This document shows positions 9,644 through 19,350 of a stretch of 64,000 nucleotides of DNA, piece after piece. The notes beneath the pieces are model-generated. The model searched no databases. It saw only the letters and a list, made by a program, of their open reading frames with translations, and was not told the origin of the DNA. The position numbers were made by a program, and so were the translations under genes. The number at the start of each line of letters is the position of its first letter. The stretch's first letter is position 1. This DNA is from a bacterium (lineage in GTDB: Bacteria; UBA8248), in assembly GCA_965204535.1 (NCBI GenBank), contig CBDBEV010000001.1, forward strand, positions 2,784,001-2,848,000, in the 5' to 3' direction.

Positions 9644-10459
9644 TTGGAACTCATACTCCTGGGCGTGGGCGCGCCGCCGCCTACTCCCCAGAAAAGCGGT
9701 CCGTGCAACGCGCTCGTCAAGGGCGGGGAGCTCTATCTGGTGGACGCCGCCCGCGGCGCCGCGACCCAGATCATGAAGTCGGGCTTTCACGTCAGCAAGG
9801 TGGACCACCTGTTTTTCACGCACTTTCACTCCGATCACTACACGGGTTTCGGCGAGTTCTTCATCTCGCGATGGATCATGGGCGCATCGACGCCGCTCAA
9901 GGTCTACGGGCCTTCACCCGTCGAGGAAATCGTCGAGCGGATGCTCCGCTATTATGAGTACGACATCGATCTGAGGGCGGAGGAGGGAAAGCCCAGGGCG
10001 GGAAGCGATATCGAGGTGTCCGTCCTTGCGCCCGGCGATGCGCTCGAGGTGGACAGCATCGGAATCCGCGTTGACAAGGGCACGAATCACGGCAACGTGG
10101 ACGACATCGTCTCCTACGCGTTCGAGGCGGAGGGGAGAAAGATCGTCATTGCGAGCGACGGCAGTCCGACGGAGAAGCTGGTTCCTCTGGCGCGGGGGGC
10201 GGACGTGCTGGTCATGCACCCCTGCCTGCCGGAACTCATCAACGAGAATTACGGGAGTTTCAGGGCCACGGCGAAGATCGTGGCGGCCCACCACGCCACG
10301 GCGGAAGAAGTCGGGAGAACCGCCGCCGAGGCCGGCGTCGGTAAACTCGTTTTCTCGCACGTCGTCCCGCCCCTGGCGCCGAACGATAAGGTGAGCGAGG
10401 CGATAGCCTCTTATTTCGACGGCGAAATCGTCGCAGGCCAAGATCTGATGCGGCTGTGA
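9644..10459 (+). CDS. MBL-fold hydrolase, RNase Z/AtsA-like
   Basis: LLGVGAP, THFHSDH, FSHVVP; TTG start after GGAGG. Confidence 0.85.
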   Translation: MELILLGVGAPPPTPQKSGPCNALVKGGELYLVDAARGAATQIMKSGFHVSKVDHLFFTHFHSDHYTGFGEFFISRWIMGASTPLKVYGPSPVEEIVERMLRYYEYDIDLRAEEGKPRAGSDIEVSVLAPGDALEVDSIGIRVDKGTNHGNVDDIVSYAFEAEGRKIVIASDGSPTEKLVPLARGADVLVMHPCLPELINENYGSFRATAKIVAAHHATAEEVGRTAAEAGVGKLVFSHVVPPLAPNDKVSEAIASYFDGEIVAGQDLMRL

Positions 10460-10476
10460 GGCGGATGTCCTCTCCG

Positions 10477-10730
10477 AGGTCTGCTGAAAAAGCCCTCATC
10501 CTCAGGGGATAAAGGCAACCCCCCCTACCCCCCCTTGTCAGGGGGGCAAGAAAAAGCAAAACCCCCTCAACCCTGCGGGGGCGTATCGCCTTTTTATACC
10601 CCCCTGACAAGGGGGGGTAGGGGGGGTTGGTTTTCAAGGCGAGAGCCTGCGCCGCCGTCCGGTTTCGGGTTTTGGCCGTCATTCCGGCGGTGGACAATTC
10701 CGGGCCTGTGCGGACTTTTCCAACAACCCC
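10477..10730. mobile_element. IS1182-end MITE with palindrome cargo
   Basis: AGGTCTGCTGAAAAAGCCC ... GGACTTTTCCAACAACCCC; no matching target duplication. Confidence 0.65.
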
Positions 10731-10859
10731 GGGCAGGGCGCATTTGCCGGATGCAACGTAATCGCGCTTGTGGCATACTCCCCCCATCCAGTTCAAGAAA
10801 AGCGTTTACTCTTTCGTGAGGCAAACTGTCTATTTTCATTTTCCGAGAGGAGAAACAAG

Positions 10860-11870
10860 ATGAGAAAGTGGTTTGGATTCTTATGCCTGATTCTCGCGCT
10901 GAGCCTCGTGCCGGTCGGCTTCGTGGCGACCGACGCAGAGGCGGCCAAGTTCCGCATCGGCATGCACCGCCAGACGTTCGGCTCCTTCACGGCGGTCGCC
11001 ATGGGGATGGGCTATTTCGATGAGGAGTTCGGCAAGGGCAACTGGGACGTAAAAGTTTTCGCGCAGGGCAAGCTCGTCATCGAGGCGCTGCTCTCGCGCA
11101 GTCTGGACGTGGGCCACGGCGCCACGCGGCCCTACGTGGACGGGGTGGCGAAAAAGGCGGGCCTGGTGATGGTTTCCGCCAGTTCTTCCTGGTGTAAATC
11201 CATCTCGATCTGGGTGCCGCTCGATTCCCCGATCAAGACGGTGGCCGACTTGAAGGGCAAGACCATCGCCGAGAAGAAGGGTACGTCCACCCACTTCGTC
11301 TTTGACAACGGCATCCTGCCCGCGTTCGGCATGAAGCCGGGCGACATCAAGATCATGAACACCACCACGGCGGAACGCCTCTCGGCCTTCCGGGCCAAGG
11401 TGGTTTCCGCGATGGTCATCGGCGCGCCCACCTCGTTCCGCCTGACGGACAAGAAATGGGGCCGGCCCATCGTGGATTACTGCAAGTACGACAATCCGCC
11501 GGCGATGATCTTCATCGAACTCGCGAACCCCAGAACGCTCAAGAGCAATCCCGAAGGCGTGACGAAGTATCTGCGCGCCTATCTCAAGTCCGCGAAACTC
11601 TGGAAGAGCGACCCCGACAAGTTCGCGAAGGTCTACCACAAGTGGCTGATATCGAAGGGCCGCAAGGTGGATTACTCCATCGCCAGGCGCTCCATTGACG
11701 TGGTGCGGCCGCTCTATAAGATCACCCCGCGCATCATCAACGCGCTGAACGCGACCGCCAAGGTGCAGAAGGGCCGCGGCAAAATTCGCCGCCTGCCGGA
11801 TTTCGCGGGCGGCGAGGGCATCGAGAGAGGCCCGCTCGATAAGGCGCTGGCCAGCATGAAGATGAACTAA
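10860..11870 (+). CDS. ABC substrate-binding protein (SsuA/NMT1-like), orphan
   Basis: signal peptide, SPIKTVADLKGKTIA..GTSTH. Confidence 0.85.
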   Translation: MRKWFGFLCLILALSLVPVGFVATDAEAAKFRIGMHRQTFGSFTAVAMGMGYFDEEFGKGNWDVKVFAQGKLVIEALLSRSLDVGHGATRPYVDGVAKKAGLVMVSASSSWCKSISIWVPLDSPIKTVADLKGKTIAEKKGTSTHFVFDNGILPAFGMKPGDIKIMNTTTAERLSAFRAKVVSAMVIGAPTSFRLTDKKWGRPIVDYCKYDNPPAMIFIELANPRTLKSNPEGVTKYLRAYLKSAKLWKSDPDKFAKVYHKWLISKGRKVDYSIARRSIDVVRPLYKITPRIINALNATAKVQKGRGKIRRLPDFAGGEGIERGPLDKALASMKMN

Positions 11871-11970
11871 GTTTTTTCGGTTCGTTGCCTAAGGCTGCGG
11901 GGGCGTGTGATTGGCCTCCGCAGCCTTTGTTTTGCCGTATCGAAGCACGAGACTTGTTGGAGTATGAAGG

Positions 11971-13056
11971 GTGGCTGAACTGAAGATCACGAAGATAGAG
12001 GCGAAATCTCTCAAGGTGCCCCTGGCCCGCGCGATAGGAAGCGCGAACAGCACGAAGTCGGAACTCGATTATCTGGTGGTCTTCCTCCACACCGAAAACG
12101 GCCCGACGGGCTGCGGCTTCGTGATGGGCCTGGGCGGGGAGACCTCGACGACGCTCGTTCCCTACATCGAAAAGGAACTGGCGCCCCTGGCGGTGGGCCG
12201 GGACGCCCTGGCGCCCGAGGCGCTCTGGGCGCGTCTGTGGGGGCCGAACAAGCCGAGGATGCGCGGCGGGCTGGGCGTACAGGCGCTCTCGGCAGTAGAT
12301 ACCGCCTGCTGGGACGCGCTCGCCAGGGCGTCGGGGTTGCCTCTCTCCCGCATACTGGGCGGCTTCAGGAACGAGGTTCCCGTCTACGGCAGCGGGGGCT
12401 GGCTCACGTTCACCGACGCGGAGATGGTGGATGAGTGCATGGGCTTCATGGAGAAGGGAATCGGCGCGTACAAGCTCAAGCTGGGCACGAACCGGGATGA
12501 GGAGCGAATCCGCCTCTTGAGAGATGAGGTCGGCGATTCGGTCGTCCTGTTCACGGACGCCAACCAGAAGTACAACCCGCGTGAGGCGCTCGAGATGGCC
12601 GCGATGCTCGCCGAATACGACGTGCGATGGTTCGAGGAGCCCGTGCTTGCCGATTCGGTGGACGATCTGGCGGACGTGGCCGAAAGGAGTCCCGTACCCG
12701 TCGCCGCCGGTGAAAACGCATATATGCGCTGGGGCTTTCGCGAAATCTGCGAGAGGCGGGCGGCGGCGTATCTCCAGCCCGACGTGGGCCGATGCGGCGG
12801 CGTGACGGAGTTTCGTAAAATCGCCCATCTGGCGGATTCTTATAATCTCTCGCTGTGCGCGCATCTCCTCCAGGAGGTATCGGTAAGCCTCCTCGCCGCG
12901 ACGCCGAGCGGCTATATGGTGGAATACGTGGAGATGCTGCCTCCCGATACGCTCACGCGGGAATTCCCCGTGGTGAGCGGCTGCATGGCGGTTCCGGACG
13001 TCCCCGGGCACGGTGTGGAATTTTCTGAGGAGGCGATACGGCGATATGGCGCTTGA
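11971..13056 (+). CDS. mandelate racemase/muconate lactonizing enzyme family
   Basis: AVDTACWD, KLK, DANQ, WFEEP, GEN, QPD. Confidence 0.9.
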   Translation: MAELKITKIEAKSLKVPLARAIGSANSTKSELDYLVVFLHTENGPTGCGFVMGLGGETSTTLVPYIEKELAPLAVGRDALAPEALWARLWGPNKPRMRGGLGVQALSAVDTACWDALARASGLPLSRILGGFRNEVPVYGSGGWLTFTDAEMVDECMGFMEKGIGAYKLKLGTNRDEERIRLLRDEVGDSVVLFTDANQKYNPREALEMAAMLAEYDVRWFEEPVLADSVDDLADVAERSPVPVAAGENAYMRWGFREICERRAAAYLQPDVGRCGGVTEFRKIAHLADSYNLSLCAHLLQEVSVSLLAATPSGYMVEYVEMLPPDTLTREFPVVSGCMAVPDVPGHGVEFSEEAIRRYGA

Positions 13057-13057
13057 G

Positions 13058-13232
13058 GAGGTTGTTGAAAAAGCCTGGATGAGGAAGGGTTTGGCACGAG
13101 CGGGGAGAAGGACGGTTTTTTGTAGGGGACGCATAGTATGCGTCCCTGCCGTTTCGCCGCCCGGCGCGGGTCGCATATATGCGACCCCTACACACAAGAG
13201 ATCCGCCCGATAGAGGCTTTTTCAACAGCCCC
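13058..13232. mobile_element. IS1182-end MITE carrying a GTAG REP doublet
   Basis: GAGGTTGTTGAAAAAGCC ... GGCTTTTTCAACAGCCCC; perfect 5-bp duplication TTGAG (13053-57, 13233-37). Confidence 0.85.
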
Positions 13233-13248
13233 TTGAGGAGGAGGTAGC

Positions 13249-14133
13249 TTGGCTAAAAAAATCGCATTCCTGGGACTCGGCAACATGGGCGGGGCCGTCG
13301 CCGCCAACATGAAAAGAGCGGGCTTCGAAGTGGTGGGCTACGACCCGAGCCCGGCGGCGCAGGAGGCGGCGCGAGAAACCGGAATAACGGTTTTCGATTC
13401 TCCCGCCGAGGCGGCCCGTGGGGCGGACTACGTGTGCAGTTCGGTGCCCAGGGGAGAGCACGTGCGCGACGCCTATCTTGGGGAAAAGGGCGCGCTGCTC
13501 ACCGCGAAGGAAGGCGCTGTGTGTTTCGATTTCTCCACCATCCTGCCGGAGGAGAGCATCGCCGTGGCCGAAGAAGCCTCAGCCCGCGGCTTTCATTTTC
13601 TGGACGCCCCCATCAGCGGAAACGCCATCATCGCGCGCGATGCGAAGATCGGCTTCATGGTGGGAGGAGATAAAGAGATTCTGGATGCGCACCGCGCCGT
13701 GCTGGACTGCGCGTGTGAGCTGCTCGATTATTTCGGCCCAAACGGATCGGGACTCCGGATGAAGCTCATCACGAACCATCTCGTCTCGGCCCAGCTGTGC
13801 GCTCTGGCGGAGGGCTTCACCTTAGGCGTGAAGTCGGGCCTGGACCCGGACCAGATGATGGAATACCTCTATTCGAGCACCGTCTTTCGCGTGATGAACA
13901 CGCGCGGCCGGGGCTTGAGGAACAAGGAATACGAGCCCGTGAAGTTCGCGCTCGCCCTCATGCACAAGGACTTGGGGCTGATCCGCGAGTTCGCCCGCGC
14001 AAACGGTGCTCCCTCACCCGTTATCGACGCGGTCGGGAAGGCGTATCAGGGCGCGATGGATATGGGCCTTGGGTCTATGGATCAGGGCGTCGTGCGCGAG
14101 TGGTTCGATCGCGAGGCGGGCTTGAGCGATTAA
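13249..14133 (+). CDS. beta-hydroxyacid dehydrogenase (3-hydroxyisobutyrate DH family)
   Basis: FLGLGNMG, DAPISG, MKLITN, KDLG. Confidence 0.9.
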   Translation: MAKKIAFLGLGNMGGAVAANMKRAGFEVVGYDPSPAAQEAARETGITVFDSPAEAARGADYVCSSVPRGEHVRDAYLGEKGALLTAKEGAVCFDFSTILPEESIAVAEEASARGFHFLDAPISGNAIIARDAKIGFMVGGDKEILDAHRAVLDCACELLDYFGPNGSGLRMKLITNHLVSAQLCALAEGFTLGVKSGLDPDQMMEYLYSSTVFRVMNTRGRGLRNKEYEPVKFALALMHKDLGLIREFARANGAPSPVIDAVGKAYQGAMDMGLGSMDQGVVREWFDREAGLSD

Positions 14134-14174
14134 GCAGGAATATCTTGTCGAATGTGATTCTGGAGGATGAGCCA

Positions 14175-15050
14175 TTGGAGCAGTTGACCGAAAACGTCTT
14201 TTTTTATGATTGCTACCCCACGGTGGGGATGGTGGTGACGGATGACGGTGTCATCGCGATAGACGGCCCCATGCGGCCCTCCGAGGCCATCGCCTGGCGC
14301 GATTTCATCGCAGAGAAGGGCCCGCTGCGCTATCTCGTCAACACCGAGCACCACCAGGATCACATCGCGGCGAACTGGTTCTTACAGCCCGAGCGGATCA
14401 TTTCGAGCGAGATCACCTATGCGGATTTCTACACCTCCATCGCCACGCCCGAAGACGGCGTTGAGCGCATGCTCAAATACGACCCCGAGAACGAGGCGCT
14501 GCTCGAGGGCTTCGAGCTAAGACCTCCCGAGATCACCTACAAGGGGCGGATGACGATTCGCCTGGGCGGCAAGACGTTCATCCTCATCGAATCCCCCGGC
14601 CACACGCGCGGGCAGACGGTCGTCCACGCGGTGGAGGACCGCGTCGCCTTCACGGCGGACAACCTCACGCCCGCCTTCAACGTGGCCTGTCACTCCGCTG
14701 ACGTGTGGGGCTGGTTCCAGTCGCTGGGCGTCCTCGAAGCCCTGGACGTGGACTGGTACGTGCCCGGACACGGCAGGCCTTGTCAAAAAGACGAGATACC
14801 CCGCCAGCGCGAGAAGCTCCATGAGCTGATCGACAAGGTCAGGGTCCTCAAGAACGATGGCCTCAGCCGCGAAGAGGTGCAGGACAAGGTGTTCGAGGTC
14901 TATGAGACAGAACTCAGCAGCATGGATCACCTGGGCGAGCGCCTCACCATGCTCAGAAGGGGCGGGCTCGGTAACATTTTTGATTATCTGGAAGAGCACC
15001 CCTCGGGTCCCTTGAGCAACCGGACGGACCCGGTGTGGCCGCACATCTGA
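14175..15050 (+). CDS. MBL-fold hydrolase (paralog of 8672-9532)
   Basis: NTEHHQDH, PGHT, VPGHG; TTG start after GGAGG. Confidence 0.85.
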   Translation: MEQLTENVFFYDCYPTVGMVVTDDGVIAIDGPMRPSEAIAWRDFIAEKGPLRYLVNTEHHQDHIAANWFLQPERIISSEITYADFYTSIATPEDGVERMLKYDPENEALLEGFELRPPEITYKGRMTIRLGGKTFILIESPGHTRGQTVVHAVEDRVAFTADNLTPAFNVACHSADVWGWFQSLGVLEALDVDWYVPGHGRPCQKDEIPRQREKLHELIDKVRVLKNDGLSREEVQDKVFEVYETELSSMDHLGERLTMLRRGGLGNIFDYLEEHPSGPLSNRTDPVWPHI

Positions 15051-15104
15051 GTCGAACGCCGCTTATATCTGACTTATTCACCAAGCAATGAGAGAGACCT
15101 TGCG

Positions 15105-16568
15105 ATGAAACCGATGAACCTGCTCGTCATCATGGCGGATGAGTTGAGCGTCAAAACGCTCGGCTGCTACGGCCATCAGGTGGTGCGAACCCCGAACATC
15201 GATCGCCTGGCGGCCTCGGGCGCCCGCTTTACGGGCGCCTATACGAATTCGCCGATTTGCACCGCCGCGCGGGCGAGCTTCGCCACGGGCCGCTACGTAC
15301 ACGAGATCGGTTGCTGGGACAACGCGAGCCCCTATACGGGCGAGCCGACGGGCTGGGGGCATCGTCTGCAGACCGAGGGACACCGCGTCACCTCTATCGG
15401 CAAGCTGCACTACAGGAACACAACGGACCCCACCGGCTTCGATGAGCAGATCGTGCCCATGCACGCGCGCGACGGCGGCGTGGGCAGCGTGCTGGGCTCG
15501 ATTCGCGACGAGTTGATCGTCCAGAAGGCGGACAAGCTCGCGCGCGAGATAGGCCCCGGCGAGACGAGCTATACGAACTACGACCTGGACATCGCCGAGA
15601 ATGCCTGCGCGTGGCTGGAGAGCGAGGCGGAAAAACATGGCGGCGGCCGCAAACCCTGGATGACCTTCGTCTCCTTCGTCTCGCCCCATTTCCCCCTGAT
15701 GGCGCCGAAGAAGTATTTCGACATGTACGCAACCGATGACGTGCCCATGCCCAAAGCCCACGCGCTCGACGGCCGCCCCCGGCATCCGTGGATAGAGGCG
15801 TACAGGAAATACGTGCCTTCGGACGACTTTTTCGACGACGAAAAGAGACGCGTCGCCATCGCCTCATATTTCGGGCTTTGCACGTTCCTGGACGATCTGG
15901 TGGGCCGTGTGCTGGAGAGTCTTGCGCGCGCGGGCCTCGCGGATTCCACCCGCGTCGTCTTCGCGAGCGATCACGGCGAGAACCTGGGCGCGCGGGGCAC
16001 CTGGGGCAAAGGCACGATGTACGAGGAATCGGCCGCCGTGCCGCTCATGATGGCCGGGCCGGACGTCGAAGCGGGCGCGGTGGTCGAGACGCCCGTATCG
16101 CTGCTCGATTTGTATCCCACGATTCTGGAGTCCGTGGGCGTTGCGCCGAACGAGGGCGACAAGAGCCGCGCAGGCCGCTCGCTCTATGGAATCGCCCGCG
16201 CGCCCTATGACGCCGAACGGGTCGTCTTCAGCGAATACCACGCCTCGGGTGCGGAGACGGCGGCCTACCTCATCCGCAAGGGGGAGAAGAAATACATCCA
16301 CTACGTGGGCTATCCGTCCGAACTCTACGATCTGGAAAGAGACCCCGAGGAGCAGGACGACCTCGCCGGAAAGCCGGAGAGTGAGGAGATCATCGCCGAA
16401 CTCGAAGGTGCCCTGCGCGATATTCTCGACCCCGAAGAGGTGGATGCGCGCGCCAAGCGCGATCAGGCGGCGCTCATTGAACGCCTCGGCGGACGCGATC
16501 ACGTCATCGAAACGGCGAAAACAGGCGCCACGCCCACGCCGGGCGATTATGGGGATGACGGGTATTGA
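15105..16568 (+). CDS. sulfatase (choline-sulfatase-like)
   Basis: SPICTAARAS (CxxxR), GKLH, SDHGE, ELYDL..DP.E. Confidence 0.9.
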   Translation: MKPMNLLVIMADELSVKTLGCYGHQVVRTPNIDRLAASGARFTGAYTNSPICTAARASFATGRYVHEIGCWDNASPYTGEPTGWGHRLQTEGHRVTSIGKLHYRNTTDPTGFDEQIVPMHARDGGVGSVLGSIRDELIVQKADKLAREIGPGETSYTNYDLDIAENACAWLESEAEKHGGGRKPWMTFVSFVSPHFPLMAPKKYFDMYATDDVPMPKAHALDGRPRHPWIEAYRKYVPSDDFFDDEKRRVAIASYFGLCTFLDDLVGRVLESLARAGLADSTRVVFASDHGENLGARGTWGKGTMYEESAAVPLMMAGPDVEAGAVVETPVSLLDLYPTILESVGVAPNEGDKSRAGRSLYGIARAPYDAERVVFSEYHASGAETAAYLIRKGEKKYIHYVGYPSELYDLERDPEEQDDLAGKPESEEIIAELEGALRDILDPEEVDARAKRDQAALIERLGGRDHVIETAKTGATPTPGDYGDDGY

Positions 16569-16636
16569 CCCAGCCACCGTGCGGATTCGGTGATCGTGCT
16601 TTCCTGATGTATTGACTCAAGCATAGTATAGATGCA

Positions 16637-16659
16637 ATATAATGTCTCTGACATTATAT
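16637..16659. promoter_or_regulatory. operator palindrome overlapping the -10 of the TA operon
   Basis: ATATAATGTC-TCT-GACATTATAT perfect inverted repeat upstream of an RHH antitoxin. Confidence 0.7.
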
Positions 16660-16676
16660 GACCTCAAGGAGGAGCC

Positions 16677-16898
16677 ATGAGTCAGATTACGGCACGCTTG
16701 CCGGATGAGGTGGTCGATGCGCTGGACGCAGCAGCGAGCCGCCTCAGGCGCAGCCGGGCGGAGATCGTCCGCCAGGCGATTGAACATTATCTGGAGGATT
16801 TCGACGATCTCTCGGTGGCAGTGGAACGGCTGCGCGACCCGAGCGACCCGGTGCTCGACTGGGATCAGGTAAGGCGTGAACTTCTCGATACGGATTAA
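16677..16898 (+). CDS. ribbon-helix-helix (CopG/RelB-like) antitoxin
   Basis: ITARLPD..LD..RSRAEIVRQAIEHYLED. Confidence 0.85.
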   Translation: MSQITARLPDEVVDALDAAASRLRRSRAEIVRQAIEHYLEDFDDLSVAVERLRDPSDPVLDWDQVRRELLDTD

Positions 16899-17133
16899 GC
16901 GGAGCGCGGTCAGGGAACTGAGGCGTCTCGCGAAGGAGGATCGCATCCGGATCGTCGAGGCCGTCGACCGGCTGGCGGAGAACCCGTTTCTCGGTAGCGC
17001 GCTCAAGGGAGATTTGCGGGGTCTTCGGCGTCTTCGCGTCGGCGACTACCGCGTGATTTACGAGGTGCAGGGCGATGCCCTCGTCGTGCTGGTTATCCGC
17101 GTCGCCCACCGGCGGGAGGCGTATCGCCGGTGA
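16876..17133 (+). CDS. relE: RelE/ParE toxin
   Basis: LKGDLRGLRRLRVGDYRVIY..VAHRREAY. Confidence 0.85.
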   Translation: MNFSIRIKRSAVRELRRLAKEDRIRIVEAVDRLAENPFLGSALKGDLRGLRRLRVGDYRVIYEVQGDALVVLVIRVAHRREAYRR

Positions 17134-17163
17134 GGGGGTGGGCGCAATCACGCGCGGCAACCC

Positions 17164-17228
17164 GTGGGGGCGGTTCGCGAATCACCCACGGCAAATAGAC
17201 ATGGGGCCGTTCACGAACGGCCCCTGCG
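17164..17228. repeat. degenerate GTAG REP doublet
   Basis: GTGGGGGCGGTTCGCGAATCACCC and GGGGCCGTTCACGAACGGCCCC. Confidence 0.6.
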
Positions 17229-17281
17229 CACTTCTCTCCTTCCCGGTTGGGATTGACGCTGAAACGACACCCATCTCCGTT

Positions 17282-17644
17282 TCAATCTCCTCCCGTAATC
17301 CACCGCGCGGATTCGGCGAGCCGCTCCTTCGCCCGGGTGATTTTTCCTGAGTCGACGAGCAGTTCTCCGCCCGTTTTCACCTTCTTGCCGGCGATGAAGA
17401 CGGTATCCACGTCCGAACGCTCCGCATAGAAGACGACGGCGCGGGCGGCGTCCGCCGCAGGCGTCATGGCGAGGCCGTTTTTCCGGATGAGGATGAGGTC
17501 GGCCTGCTTGCCGGGCGTGACCGAGCCGATTCTATCCGCCATGCCCATCGCGTGCGCGTTGTTGATGGTGGCCCAGGCGAGCGCGTCGCGCGCCGAAAAA
17601 GAAAGAGAGGGCGCGCGGTAGGTGTTCTCATCCAGGCGGCGGTT
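17282..17644 (-). pseudogene. duplicated 3' end of the amidohydrolase at 19351-20697
   Basis: 17298-17644 colinear with 19367-19713 (347 bp), different C-terminal tail. Confidence 0.9.
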
Positions 17645-17697
17645 AGTCTTGATTACACCCTCAACGCGGTGTAGACGAATTGATTGGCATTGACAAG

Positions 17698-18132
17698 TTA
17701 TTTCACTTTTCTTCCTTGCACCGCATCAGAGCGCAACTTGGAACCAATCTCAGATTCGACAATTTTATCGCGAAGGGTATCGATTGTATCAGTTCGGTGA
17801 ACAGGTAGATCTAGAAAGCGAGCAAACTTTTCGATTGCTACTTTGGTTGGAAATTCATTACCCAACAATTCCCTGCCCGCTTCCCGCGTTTGGGAAGCAT
17901 GTAGTTTCTCCGAGACTTCCGAAAACACAGTATCAGAATACGGATGGCGACACTTTGTAGCCATCATTCTTGATGCTGTTCTCACTTCGTAAATCCGGAG
18001 CTTACCATTGCCCCGCAATAGAGCATCGAGCTCATCTGCCGACGATCTTTCGACTAAATCCGCTAATTTCCTCAAAAGTATGCCAACGTCTCCGGCTTCG
18101 CCGGGCGACCTCTTGTTACTTTTTCTTGTCAT
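17698..18132 (-). CDS. hypothetical protein coupled to ParA-like ATPase
   Basis: 144 aa, AT-rich, ATGA overlap with the upstream gene. Confidence 0.7.
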   Translation of the reverse strand: MTRKSNKRSPGEAGDVGILLRKLADLVERSSADELDALLRGNGKLRIYEVRTASRMMATKCRHPYSDTVFSEVSEKLHASQTREAGRELLGNEFPTKVAIEKFARFLDLPVHRTDTIDTLRDKIVESEIGSKLRSDAVQGRKVK

Positions 18133-19058
18133 AGGCCTATCCCCTTGATAAAGGTGTCTGTAACGGCCTCAAGACCCGCAACGACGCTCTGGTGGCTACC
18201 AGAATTGTATCCCTTGAGAACAGGAGGAATACCGAACTGCGGAGAATCCCCAAATATTGTGTCGTTCCGCTTGATATAAGGTTCCATTACGTCAACGCCG
18301 GACAAACGGCGGGCCTGAGTAATGAACGGCCTTTGTGTTGATATAGGTTGACCTCGGTATTCCTGGATCATAGTGAACACCACATACAAAATTCTAGGAT
18401 TGATTGAATCCGTTTCTCCGCCCGCATCCAACTCAGCGTACTCATTATATTCATGAATGAGCGTGTTTGTACTCCGAATCAAATAATCTATCCCAAGTGT
18501 CGATAGATAATCAGGACGCGCAGGCACTAAAATATAGTTGCTGGCAATAATTGCGGTCTTGGTTACGATATTGAAATTTGGCGGGCAATCAATGAGCACC
18601 ACGTCGTACTTGCCCGCATCGACTTCGCTCAATCCTATAGAAAGCATGCTGTGCACGGAGATAAAATTGCGCTTGGCTTGCGTAAGGTTCGCTCCTCCCA
18701 ATTTTGTAGCCAATTCGAGATCGACGTTGATTAGGCCCAGGTGGGATGGGATCAAGTCAACCTGCCCATTTCGTGGATGTAGGATTTCCGCGATTCGGTT
18801 CGGCGTAAAGATAATGTCTGAAAGCGGTAAAGGCGTCCCGGATTCGAATGAGTCGAACCAACTTTTGATAGTTCGATCATCCGCGTAATTATCCTGCCAA
18901 TCGTCTGGAGCTATGAACGAGAACGTCAAACTCGCTTGAGCATCCAAGTCAATCATAAGTACTTTATGACCTCGCCATGCCAACTCAGCAGCGAGATTTG
19001 CCGTCAGAGTGGTTTTCCCGACACCGCCTTTATAATTGATTATTGATACGATTTCCAT
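18129..19058 (-). CDS. orphan ParA/Soj-family ATPase
   Basis: KGGVGKTT deviant Walker A, IDLDAQ, IDCPP; no parB seen. Confidence 0.85.
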   Translation of the reverse strand: MEIVSIINYKGGVGKTTLTANLAAELAWRGHKVLMIDLDAQASLTFSFIAPDDWQDNYADDRTIKSWFDSFESGTPLPLSDIIFTPNRIAEILHPRNGQVDLIPSHLGLINVDLELATKLGGANLTQAKRNFISVHSMLSIGLSEVDAGKYDVVLIDCPPNFNIVTKTAIIASNYILVPARPDYLSTLGIDYLIRSTNTLIHEYNEYAELDAGGETDSINPRILYVVFTMIQEYRGQPISTQRPFITQARRLSGVDVMEPYIKRNDTIFGDSPQFGIPPVLKGYNSGSHQSVVAGLEAVTDTFIKGIGL

Positions 19059-19350
19059 GAGGGCCAATCTTTCCTTTGCATTGGGCCGGGATTTTCATGC
19101 TGAACTTTCCAGCAATTTTAGCTTGGATTTGTCATCCTATGTCTAACTTTGGGCTAGTGAATATGTCGCAATCAATCGCAATCGTTTAGAAATTCGTTGA
19201 GATAGCCCATTTCTATCCAAGCAACAAAATCACTATTCTCAACATGACTGACCATACCCTTTTTCTTTTCGATCTTCCAGCCTTCTTTTTCGGTACTCCA
19301 GCAAAGTTGAGGATGAATTTCTCGTGTGTCTGAAGTTCGCATTGTTCCTT

